Assembly: GCA_004764695.1 (NCBI GenBank) | Contig: SMSO01000031.1 | Location: forward strand, 286,436 to 350,435 | DNA length: 64,000 nucleotides | Source: Schizochytrium sp. TIO01 | Taxonomy: Eukaryota; Protista; Bigyra: Labyrinthulomycetes | Direction: 5' to 3' | Part shown: positions 26,101 to 36,793 of the stretch, in pieces | How the letters are laid out: the number at the start of each line of letters is the position of its first letter | How positions within the stretch are numbered: the stretch's first letter is position 1 | Notes under the pieces: model-generated | The model's database searches: none | Seen by the model: the letters and a program-made list of their open reading frames with translations, nothing else | What the model was told of the DNA's origin: nothing | Position numbers and translations under genes: made by a program

Positions 26101-27070
26101 GCTGCTGCTGTTGCTGCTGCTGTTGCTGTTGTTGGTGGTGGTGGTGGGAGTTCATGGGCTGTCGGTACAGTCCTGCGGATTGCGAGGCGTCCACAGGCAT
26201 GAAGTGCTGTTGGTGCGAAGACATGTGGCCTATAGAGGACCTTCCTTCTAGAGGAGGCGTTGGTGTCGAAGATGGCACGGGGTTCGGACCTTGGGATCCA
26301 AAACCTGGCAAGCCTTGCTGAAAACCCGGCGGACCTTGGCCATTTCCAGGAGTCGAGCGCCCTTGCTGTTCATATCGCTGCATCATTCGCAACTTCTCCT
26401 GTTCGTAGAAATCGCCCATGCGTTGCATTTGTTGAAGCATTACAGGACCGGCGTCAGGTTGTCTTTGGGATGGATGCTGACTGGCATGTTGCTGTAAACT
26501 TCTTGACGGTTGTTGCGGTTCGTCCCATGGAGAGCCCATGTATGAGGGTGTTGGGTTCTGGTATACGTTGCCTTGTGAGCTAGAATTAAGACTATCACCA
26601 GATCTGTTGTTGAATGCGCTTGCACTAGAAAAGAAGCCATCATCTCTTGGGGCGCCTGGAAATCCATAGAACGATTGCTGCTGCTGTTGCTGCTGCTGCT
26701 GTGACTGAGGCATTTGGCGAAAGGCCTGCTGGCCTTGGTGTTGCTGAGGAATTGGCTGCCTCGACTGTGGCATTGGAATTTGCTGGCCAAGATACCCTGA
26801 AGACATTTGCGAATCGTGACCTGTCGAAAGATACGCTTGCGATGCCCCAAGATTGCCTAATCCTGGAGCCGGCGCCATGCCAGGTGGAAAGTCTATCGGA
26901 AACCTTTGCTGCTGTTGCTGTTGTTGCTGCTGCGATTGTTGCTGCTGTTGCTGGAGATAATGCTGCTGTGGCTGGAACTGTTGATGTTGTTGGCTTTGGT
27001 GATGTTGCTGTTGTTGCTGGAGCTGTTGCACCGGCACAGTGCCATCTCCGGAATATCTTTGACCATCCAT
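23197..27070 (-). CDS. Cid1/URT1-family terminal nucleotidyltransferase (TUTase-like); 2 exons: 27070-25283 and 25137-23197
   Basis: Pol-beta motif FGSSINNFGSEGSDLDI, CDIC, NTLLLRTY, WAK...TLSSYGY and PAP-associated IEDPFE. PolyQ N-terminus. A phase-0 intron joins the two ORFs. Confidence 0.9.
25138..25282 (-). other. Spliceosomal intron of the TUTase gene
   Basis: GTAAGT donor at 25282, GACTAAC branch site near 25190, CAG acceptor ending 25138; splice is in frame. Confidence 0.88.
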
Positions 27071-28775
27071 CTCGATATCTATCGCCGGCCCGTCTCCACG
27101 TCGGCACGAGCGCTGCGCTGAGGTCTTCACCTCCACCGCACGCTCCGGGCACTTGCCCTGGCTCCCTCTATCTCTCCGTGCACCGCTCGAGGGGAGCTCG
27201 GCGCGATCGGAGTTTGCTTTCCTTCCCGACTAAGTTTGATTCTCTTCTTTCTTCTTCCTCTCTATTATATCTCTTTTTGTTGTTTCAATCTTCTCTTTCT
27301 TTCTCATTTGTTCATATGCATTCCATATGATTCTTCATACTTCTCAATGGAAGAAGAGGAAACGAACTCCAAAACAACAATAGACTAAGTATCATGAGCT
27401 CAAACCTTTGTTCTTCACGATGGTCTTCTTCTGACTTCACTTCTGTCTTGTGCAAAGCTTTGCATCAAATTGCTTCTCCATCTCTCTCAGAGGTGTAACA
27501 GAACCTAGAGCGAGAGTAGGTCCATCAGGTGCGATATCTTTTGGGGCTTTTAGGCCAATCTGTGTTTTATTTGGTTTCTTCGGTGTATGTAGTACATTGA
27601 TGACAACAGTGTCATAGGGTTGTAGGAAATCGACTTGAGGATGTTGACAGCGCGAGGGAGGCCAAACCCGAGTGCTAGATAAACAGAATAAGGGGGACTC
27701 GGGTTTCACGTGCAAAGATTGCACAAATTGCTTCGTGGCGGTTTGTCGGGATATGTGAAACATGATAGTGCCTTATACTTAAGGAGACGGTTCGTTTGCC
27801 AGTACCAGATCATGCAAGGGGAACAATTCATTAATGCTTCGCAAGCTGCTTTCTTGTTGTCTTCTTGATCTTTCCCAAATCTCGTTGAATCGCATCGATA
27901 TGTTGATAGATAGGAATATTTATACTGGTTTGACTTTCGAAATGATTCGTTTGATTATGAAATCTGTTTTCGACATGGTATCTTCGAAATTGTGAAATGT
28001 GGACTCATAGAAGTTTACCTTGTCAATGTCGGCCACAAGGCTTGCATATTACCAGTGACGATCATTCAGTGAAAAAGCGCCACAGCAGCATATGTTCAGA
28101 ATAGACCATGACCAATGGAGAAGCTGGCTTTGCCCTCGGTAGACGCGAGGTATACAAGCAAGATATAACTTTAAGGACCACAGCTTCCGGGCAATCTCTT
28201 GCCGTTTTAGTCTTCATTATATTGTGTTGTTTTAAGATAATTATTTTGCGAATAAAATAGTAGTATGTTGATGCTAAAAGTCGCCAGGTGCTTCACTGAC
28301 TCAGAATCATCAAATATCCATACATTATCACTCCCTCTATAGCAGGTGGGGTCATTCATGCCTCCAGGATATCTCTATCGTGCCCAAGTCCCAGAGATGC
28401 ATTTTCCTAGTAATCTTGAATGCAACTCATCCATCAACATTCCATTCCATTTCCCCCTCTATAGATTAAAATATACACTGGTACAAATACAGTCAACGAA
28501 ACCGCTTCGTCCACTTATGATCTTCATGCATCGTCCACGTGTATGTACACGCGAAGTTCGCAACATCTCATTTTGGTTTCAGGACGTTCAATGCAACAAA
28601 TGGAAAAATTGATCGAGAAATGGCCCAACTGTATTAGACCACAATCGATGAAGACCCATATTATTATGAATAGAGGAATGCCTTGGCGGCCACCCGTCTG
28701 GGCCTGCGAGAACCGCCTGCGCAGGCGATCAAAGTTCATTTCCCGACGGAGGTTGCAGTTCTGACATCTGGCATC

Positions 28776-30107
28776 ATGAGTGACTCTGACGACAGCTCGA
28801 GCGTGTCGTCCTCCGAGCAGGAGGTCGTGCAGCAGCAGCAGAAGCAGCAGCAGAAGCAGAAGAAGCAAGACGCTGAGAGCTCCAGCAGTGACGACGACAG
28901 CAGCAGCGATGACAGCAGTGACGAGAGCGAAGCCGAAGTCGAACTGATGGCGAAGAAGAAGAACACCAACAATACCAACTCTAAAACGAAGACCAGCGAC
29001 GCCAAGAAGGACAACAAAAAGCAACAAGACCAGGAGGATGCCTCGAAGAAGCGCAAGCGCCCTCGTAACGAGGTTGAGGAGGAGTCCGATAGCGATTCCG
29101 ACAGCGACTCCGACAGCGACTCCGACAGCGACTCAGAAGAAGAGAAGAATGCTAAATCTTCTGTCGAGAAAGCCAAGAAGGACGTGAAGAAGGCTTCTGA
29201 GAATGCTGACGAGAAATCTGACAAGGATGAACAAGAGTCCAAGTCGAAGAAGGCTAAGAAGGAAACCAAGAAGAAGGAAAAAACAAAACCAGCAAACAAG
29301 AAGCCTAAAATCACGGAAGGCGGTGACGAGGACGGGGAAGATGACGAGGATGACGAGGACAAGGGTTACACTCAGCACAACCTCTTCGTGGGCCAGCTCC
29401 CGTACAACATCACTGCAGAGGTGCTCAAGGAGCACTTTGAGAAACACGGTGTCTTTAATACCAAGATTCGCCTACTCACAGACAAGAACACAAACAAACC
29501 TCGCGGCATCGCATTTCTCGAAGTACAATCTGGCAAGGATATGGCCTTAGCCCTTCGCGTTCACCACACACGTCTTCTCGGTCGAATGATTAATGTGGAG
29601 CGTACTGTTGGTGGTGGTGGTAACAACGAGAAGCGTCAGGGCAAGCTCAAGTTCCTGCGCGAGATGCAAAACAAGAAGGTCGACAAAGAGGTTCGTGGCA
29701 AGATTAATGAACTTCTCAAGATGAACCCTCGCAGTGAGGTCCAAATGGGGGATTTTGATGACCGTGCGATTGAGGCCCTCGGCACCTTCCCACGTGATAC
29801 CATGGAGCAGATCGTCACTGAGTTTATGCAATCTGAAAACATGCACAAGGTCGAAAACCGTCCGGCCTGGCTCATGGGAATGATTTCACGTACAAGAGAA
29901 AAGCTCAAGGGCAGCGAGGACTTTTTCGGCCAGAAAGGCAACAACTCTGGTGGTCGCGGTGGCCGTGGTGGTCGCGGTGGCGGACGTGGTGGAGGCCGCG
30001 GAGGTGGCCGTGGTGGAGGCCGCGGAGGTGGTCGCGGTGGCGGACGTGGCGGCGGCCGTGGTGGTTTTGGCGGTGGCCCTCGTCGTGAGCCTCGTGGACA
30101 GTGGTAA
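28776..30107 (+). CDS. Nucleolar RRM + RGG protein, Nop6-like
   Basis: Acidic/basic low-complexity N-terminus, RRM (LFVGQLPY; RGIAFLE), HHT.L.GR.INVE.T.GGGG motif, C-terminal RGG repeats. Confidence 0.85.
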   Translation: MSDSDDSSSVSSSEQEVVQQQQKQQQKQKKQDAESSSSDDDSSSDDSSDESEAEVELMAKKKNTNNTNSKTKTSDAKKDNKKQQDQEDASKKRKRPRNEVEEESDSDSDSDSDSDSDSDSEEEKNAKSSVEKAKKDVKKASENADEKSDKDEQESKSKKAKKETKKKEKTKPANKKPKITEGGDEDGEDDEDDEDKGYTQHNLFVGQLPYNITAEVLKEHFEKHGVFNTKIRLLTDKNTNKPRGIAFLEVQSGKDMALALRVHHTRLLGRMINVERTVGGGGNNEKRQGKLKFLREMQNKKVDKEVRGKINELLKMNPRSEVQMGDFDDRAIEALGTFPRDTMEQIVTEFMQSENMHKVENRPAWLMGMISRTREKLKGSEDFFGQKGNNSGGRGGRGGRGGGRGGGRGGGRGGGRGGGRGGGRGGGRGGFGGGPRREPRGQW

Positions 30108-32284
30108 GCTGCTTTTATCGTAGCTATAGTGTGATGTCGAATTCTGCTTTTGATGCCGGATCTATCTAATTCATCCCCTTTTCGCTCCCCTCTTGCTGAG
30201 TTTCGTGCTCGGCGCACTTTGTTTGCATACGCACATTCAATCAACAATTCTAGTGACGACAATTCAACAATGTTCGCAACGGCATCGGAGAGTAAATGCC
30301 CCTCTTTGTTTAAGTCGAAAAGTCTTGGGCGAAAATTTGTGGAGCCAATGTTCTCCTTTTTTGTCACGAAACATGACTTCCCTACTACTCTACAATACTC
30401 TATAAAAAGTAAATAGTTAGCACGATAAATACTCACCGGGTGGTGTTTGATTTTCATGATTCAAATGTACTTAGGTGGTTCGCAGTTACAGTTATTGCAG
30501 CAGCGCTTTGCCACATTAAATTCAAGCATGGGAAGCTCATTCTTTATCAATGCACGACCCAATACACTCTCCGCGACCTTGGACAGGGTGGTTTGAAACT
30601 CAGCCCGCTTCTGAGGAACAGCGCGACCAAGTTGATTTTTCTTTTGCTCCAGTTCTTGTTGACAGGTAGCCGGGTATTTTATTTCTCGATTTGTTGCTGT
30701 TGTCTGCTCTTAGGTACCTGCTATATCTCTTAGCTTGCTCTGTCTTAGTTTTCTTGATTCCTTTTAGCAAACTTTAGATGTCAAGACTGAAAACGGCACA
30801 ACATTCCCGTTTCTCAGTCAGACAGAGATTTTGAGGAGGCCTGATATCGATTTCTTTTTCCAAGATAATTTTATAGTTTTGCATGTGTCCGGGTCTTTTA
30901 ATTGATCAATGAAGTAAGAAAGATAATTCCAGATTTTCCGTATTTTCGAACTTTTTTCTTTTACTCTTTGAATTGAGTGAGGTCCATAGCCGCTTGAGCA
31001 AACATAAGATTGGTGTTGATGGTTTTGTCTAGATGCGGGGCAGTTTTGAGTTTATCAACAATGGCGGTAGCTATGAGGAGCTGCATGCATGTATGCCGGT
31101 CCGAAGTCCGGCTCGAGAATGTTGAAGAGAAAGACAAAAAGCAAATCTTTAGATAATACTCCAGTCAATAACTTGAGCCGTTGCATAACGAGGATGCGTA
31201 TTTCGCCTGCAGCAATTTTCTGATACAGCTGGATGCACTTAGCGCTTAACGTTCAAAGTAAGGGAGACGATCCACGCAGGAAGTTGGAAATTCAAGAATT
31301 TATTGCCCTTCACCTTCTTCTGTTTTAAAGCGCGACACCTTTGCCAGTCTTGGATTTTGCTTTGTAGCTACTCTGGTATATCAGCCTCGATTGACTTCTA
31401 CCAAACGCTACTTTGTAAGATTGTTTCAATAGAGATATTTAGAGTCTCCTGGCAGCAGTACTAAAAGTAAGAGTTAAGAAAGCTATAATCGTGATTGAAG
31501 AAGAGACCGAAGCTGGAACGCCAGCTATCTCCCGACCTACAACTCTTTATTTCGTTTTATAGCCGACGGTATTATATATAAATGAGTACAAAAGTGCCTT
31601 GCAGAAATAGTAGGCTGGTTATTTATTGGCCTTAACAACTTTCATATAAATGTATATTAATTTACATTCTAGTGGTATGCGCAAAAAGAGAGAGACGGAT
31701 GCATTTGCCATGTGGATTTGCGTGCATCTGCATTCAACTTCGGTCCACGAAAGGGGCAAGTACACAGAAGAAGAAAAAGAAAAAACCTCGTCTAAAACCT
31801 TTCAAGAATGTTCTGTGTTGTGGGATATATCCCCTGCCACAAACCTCTTTGGTTGTAAGGTCTGCAAAGAGTCTATGTTTTGAAGAACGTAACACGATTG
31901 TAAAAACATACACCTGGAATAAAACACTCAATGTGGCTGAGGAACCTAGACTATTATTGAGAAATAACAAGGATCTAGGTGCGACGAAAGCAGGCCTAGT
32001 CATACAATCAGGGCGAGAGAAAGGTCAACCACAATAAGGCATGCGCAATATGTATGTAGAGAGGCAGAACTTATTTCAATTTTATTAGCTGTGTTCGGAA
32101 GAGAGGCTGCCAGGAAAAGTGGATGAGAAAGACGGAATTGATAGTCTAGAGCCAAGGCATACACATGTTATAAAAAGGCAAATTAATGATTCGCTTGCAG
32201 AGACAGAGGGTGTAGGTAGTTCGTTTATGAGTATAAAATGGTTGCGCAAGGCGCGACGCGTTTTTTTTTTGCTTTTGTTTTTGT

Positions 32285-33121
32285 TTATGCAGACACATTC
32301 ATGGACTTCTTGACACTGGGGTACCACTCGGCAAGGCAGTCGATGAGTTCGATATAGGCGTTCTCCAGGTTGTCATTGACAATCTTGACGTCAGCGTTTC
32401 CAGGTTCCTCAAGAAATGCCATCTCCTCCCGGGCATTCTTGAGTCTCTGCAGGAGGTCTTCCTCCGTTTCGGTACCCCTGTCACGCAGACGTTGCTCGAG
32501 CACTTCGAACGACGGCGGCGCAATATAAACGCAGTAAGGCTTGAGCGACGTCTGCCGCACCTTGCGCAAACCCTGAATATCAATCTCCAAGATGCAGATC
32601 TTACCCTTTGAGGCGACATCCCGCACCGCCTGCTCTGAGGTGCCGTACACGTTGCCATGCACGTTGGCGTGCTCGAGAAACTCACCACGACCAATGCGCT
32701 CCTGGATACTCTCATGGTCCGTGAAGTGGTAGTGTACGCCATCTTCTTCGCCCTCACGCGGGCGGCGTGTTGTGTGGCTCACTGAGAGGCCAAAAATGTC
32801 GCCGTGGTCCTGAAAGAGGCGCTTGACGAGCGTGCCCTTGCCGACACCGGAGGGGCCGCAGAGAATGAGGGGCCTGGCATCAGCATCTTTGGGCATATAG
32901 GAAGCAAAGTAATCGCAGGCAAAGGAGCAGATGTTGGTGGGCTTGACAAGAAGGACCTGGCTGAGGAAGTCACTCATGATGTGCTTGAGCTCAGGGTGCT
33001 CCTCGACGTACTTGACGTGCTCCTCCTTGAGCAAGTCTTTGCGGGAGTTGAGCTCACTGGCCTGCTGGAAACTCAGGCCGGAGGGTCCTGCGCTGCTGCC
33101 AGTGCTGCGGGCGGAATTCAT
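32285..33121 (-). CDS. GUK1: Guanylate kinase with N-terminal RIIa/Dpy-30-like dimerisation segment
   Basis: GPSGVGKGT P-loop, SVSHTTRRPREGEEDGVHYHF, FLEHANVHGNVYGT. N-terminal HPELKHIMSDFL..VL..KP..I..FA.DYF resembles a D/D domain. Confidence 0.92.
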   Translation of the reverse strand: MNSARSTGSSAGPSGLSFQQASELNSRKDLLKEEHVKYVEEHPELKHIMSDFLSQVLLVKPTNICSFACDYFASYMPKDADARPLILCGPSGVGKGTLVKRLFQDHGDIFGLSVSHTTRRPREGEEDGVHYHFTDHESIQERIGRGEFLEHANVHGNVYGTSEQAVRDVASKGKICILEIDIQGLRKVRQTSLKPYCVYIAPPSFEVLEQRLRDRGTETEEDLLQRLKNAREEMAFLEEPGNADVKIVNDNLENAYIELIDCLAEWYPSVKKSMNVSA

Positions 33122-34110
33122 GCTTGCGGAAGTGCACGAGTTGCGGGTTTGGATCGACTCGAGTACTCGCTCGAGTTATAGCCAACTTAAGTAGAAAGGC
33201 AGCAACAAGCAAACGTGCAGAGCAAACGGCCGCACGAGGGAAGGTGAAGAGGGGTCCTTTTTGTGTGAAGACACCACGCCAACACCAGTTTACCTGGCGG
33301 CACCTCTGTAGGCGACGCTTCAATGCTCCGCAACGGAGTTCTGCTGCTGCGCGTTCAATCGCTCGCCGCGGAGTGGTCGTCTCCACGCCTTTCTTTTCCT
33401 CTCCTTCATTCATTCCCAGAAAAGGAAGAAAACTTTCTTTCAAAGATTTTTGAACGGCGTATTTTATTCACTTATCGCCCTACTACCAGTACTTCTACTC
33501 ACTTACACTACTTGATACCACCATGAATATGGGAGGTAGACCTGGTTGTAGAAGTATTGCTAACACAATGTGTGCAACTAAAGCAGTAGCATCTCCTACT
33601 AGTACTTGGTAGGTAAGAAAGTATAATGGAGACGGAGGGAACACTCCCTTACTATTCCCCATATACCACAAACTCTAGGAGTGAGCTTATTGATCCGGAG
33701 CTGTGCAGAGACCGTATTCAAGTTCTTTCTTGGAGTTTACCACCATTTCTGCCAAATAAGCCGTCGATTGAAGTTCACAGAAAGGGATTGTTTCGAGAGA
33801 GACATCCTCGAATCGACTCCTGTGGCACGGCCCGTGGTCCTCGCGACGGCCTTCTCAAAGCGCATGCCAACTGAAGAAAACTAACTTGTCTTCATCAGTC
33901 ACGATGAATTGAGTTGGTGTGCGTGTGTGCACTTTTTATTTTAGAAAGGATTAATTTCATGACTTTACAATCACTTCGATTATCTATTTTCCAAACTGCG
34001 AACAGCAGATGTCGAGGAAACTCCACGCTCAGCAATTGTCTTCGGCTCTTCAAAGCCCTCGTGAACCTTCAATCGTCACCATAATCACCGCCTTCAGGTT
34101 CTTCTCTGGT

Positions 34111-34138
34111 GAATGAATGAATGAATGAATGAATGAAT
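34111..34138. repeat. (GAAT)7 microsatellite
   Basis: Direct reading. Confidence 0.95.
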
Positions 34139-34354
34139 GTCTCATCCGCTATAGTAGACGTTTCGGCGTACTTTAATCGGCCTGATCACTAGCAGTCCCC
34201 TATTCCGCCCTACCATTGCGCGTATTTTATTCTGGCCTCGATCAGAAGGCAACACAGCACTGTCTTTAAATAAATAAGTTCAATTTTGATTCCAATTCTT
34301 AATTGATATTTGTTTGTTATTACTAATTCATAACCCCTTTCAATTCTTTGTTTA

Positions 34355-34426
34355 TCTCTCATATTCTCTCTCATATTTTCTCTCACATTTTCTCTCATAT
34401 TCTCTCTCATATTCTCTCTCATTTTC
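34355..34426. repeat. 12-bp tandem repeat (ATATTYTCTCTC-like) x~5-6
   Basis: Direct reading; also seen as MRENMREN in a spurious ORF. Confidence 0.85.
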
Positions 34427-35146
34427 AGAAGGTCGCTCACTTTATTAGTGCACACCTTTAACTGAAGCGCATTATCGTCTCAAGAGAGACGCGGAGTCGA
34501 TGAAGCTCGAAAGGGCCCGTGCCTACTTGTTCCTGAGACTCGTGCATAATCGCGCTCGTGCCGCGGTTCCCGAGGTAGACAGCTCGAGGCAGGAGCTAGC
34601 TGCTGCCCAGGACGCCAGCTTCTGAAGAACCAACCAGCCCCCTGAAGGAGCAAGAAACTCCAGTTCCAGGCCCAGTTCTCAGCCTGCGCACTCGTGAGAG
34701 GCGATAGACCTCCCTCTCTTTAGGTCCCTTCTTCTCATTAGTAATGAATGACGAGATAAGGGTGTGTACCCTGCTTGCGATGTTGAGAACGCAGCGTCAA
34801 AACCCAGAACAACGCCCCCCTCGAGGTCCCCTGGCTGCACAGGGTCGGCGCCGAGTCTGTCTGTGCCTGGCCACGGAAGTCGCTAGCAAGACTCCACGGA
34901 GCTGGTCTCCATTGTCTTGAGCTCGTGAATCTTTCTAGTTGTGTACAATTTTGTAAGGTAAGTATGTAGGGCGCCTAGTTTTGGAGAAACAACTGAAGAT
35001 ATGGTGTAATCTCGATGTAGATCTAGGGTGCAGACCGATGGAGCTCGACTTGCTCGAGCAGCCGGGGGCTCGGCTAACCTGGCGATCCCAGGCAGGGATC
35101 TTGTGCAGGCGCATGGGCGGGTCGGCTTCTTGAACGCACCCGGTTA

Positions 35147-35174
35147 GCTTGCTTGCTTGCTTGCTTGCTTGCTT
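35147..35174. repeat. (GCTT)7 microsatellite
   Basis: Direct reading. Confidence 0.9.
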
Positions 35175-35394
35175 CACGATGCTGCGACGATCGCGACGAG
35201 CACCTGTCTGGACAAAGCTTAGCGCGACGCTGGGCGCTACATTCAAGTTCTAGCCGCCTTGAAGAGCAGCCGCATATGCTCGCGGACGCTTGCGACTTCT
35301 CCACGCGGATCTTGGGGCTTGCCTGCCTGCTTGCCTGGCTTTGCTCGCACTCAGCCCACAAGTACTGCAAGGACTTGGGCGGGATGCCATCTTC

Positions 35395-36239
35395 GAAACT
35401 GTGTTGTCTAAGTTTGGTAGCACCACTGAATCTGTGTTTGCAACGTCGGCATCTAGCAAATATAAAAGAACATACAAAGACTTGATGTGCCTTTTGTACC
35501 TCCAAACATCTCCATATTTTATTCTCTTTGTAATCCTTAAGAATGAATTTTGCTTCGATGTAGCTTGTCTGCGTTCTATTATATCTTCACCTATTCTTCT
35601 AATTTCCGATATTGTTGTATTGCTTGTGTGAAAAAGATTGTATGAAACATTCAACATATCCTTAATAAATCGCTTTAGAGGCAAGTCTTGTATAATACCT
35701 ACTGCGATCCCAAGTGCCTTACAAAGAGAAATATGTATTGACCTTCGTTCTGCATTTCCCATCGATGCGATGGAGTCATCGGGTGAGCATAATTCTTTTG
35801 CATTACTCAATGCAGTGATGACATCAGTGACAGAATACCGTGACTCAACATGGAACCAGACTTTAAGACAGTGTAAAGCAACTCTATATCTATAGGGTGT
35901 TGTATCAATATAGAACTAAAATCATCCTCCAACTGAAAGGCTTTCTGAACATATGCACAAGCCTTAGTGTAATCACCTTCATAATCTCTAAGTAAAAAAC
36001 CTAACAAAATACAGGAGATTATAGTTGATTGCACAGTAACACTACCATAGTACCCGCTTAAAAAATTTCTCCAGATGATCAATGGCGTCATGAAATCTAT
36101 TGGGTTTTAAAAATAAGTAAACAATAGCCTCAATGGAACTCGCACGTTGTGCTTTAAAATGCTGAACGCAGTCACGTTCAAATACATTAACTGTCATTTC
36201 ATTACTGACTAGTTAGTCGAAAGCGCTCATAATGCTCAT
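35395..36239 (-). pseudogene. Disrupted ORFan at the left edge of the island
   Basis: MSIMSAFD*LVSNEMTVNVFERDCVQHF... has an in-frame TAA at 36213-36215, a frameshift in the T-run near 36060 and another near 35810. It runs into GC-rich flank at ~35395. Confidence 0.6.
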
Positions 36240-36262
36240 AGTAATGACGATAAAAAAGACCT

Positions 36263-36613
36263 CTTTCCCTCTTATAATACAATTAATATGAGGAATCGTA
36301 AGAATAAGGGGGTTAGCTTTGGAAAGAATGTTATTTGTTCTGATGTCTTGGTGACAAGTTCTCGCGAAGCTATCAGGACAAAAGTTGAAGAAAAACTCCC
36401 TGGGCTCTCTGGAGGCAGAGCCCTTCCACGAACTTTTCAAAAATGCGAAGCCACAAGCATCTTCTAGGAGCATTCGATTGAAACAGCTAGATCAGAGGGG
36501 GTAATTAAGAAAAAGACTTTTACATTCTGTCCCGAATGCACTCTAATTAATATGAAGAATCAGGAGCTTCTAAAAGCTTTCCCTCTTATAATACAATCAA
36601 TATGGGAGATCGT
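36263..36613. promoter_or_regulatory. Duplicated ~37-bp TATA-containing motif between divergent island genes
   Basis: CTTTCCCTCTTATAATACAATYAATATG at 36263 and 36577, partial copy AATTAATATGAAGAATC at 36545. The repeat is observed; promoter function is inferred. Confidence 0.5.
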
Positions 36614-36793
36614 TTTTCTTTGTTTTGGTTTGAAAAAAAAAGTGAAGGTGTTAGCTATTTCTGTACGAGTTTTGCGTCACTGGTGCCCTACAATTTGTAA
36701 ATTCATTTGACCATCAGAAGGATAAATTTATAGTAGTAAGCCATGTTATAAGTATAAATAAAATTAAAATGAAGCAAGGGACTGTCAATCTGA

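Noticed and set aside
28736-30457. Long antisense ORFs opposite the Nop6-like gene (and similar shadows of other genes)
   Set aside because: Antisense shadows of low-complexity, GC-rich coding sequence.
30560-31420. Possible decayed minus-strand gene
   Set aside because: No sustained frame or motif could be reconstructed.
33760-33850. Nested short stems (GCCGTCG/CGACGGC, CACAG/CTGTG, TTCGAG/CTCGAA)
   Set aside because: Stems are only 5-7 bp and match no RNA family I know; compatible with chance.
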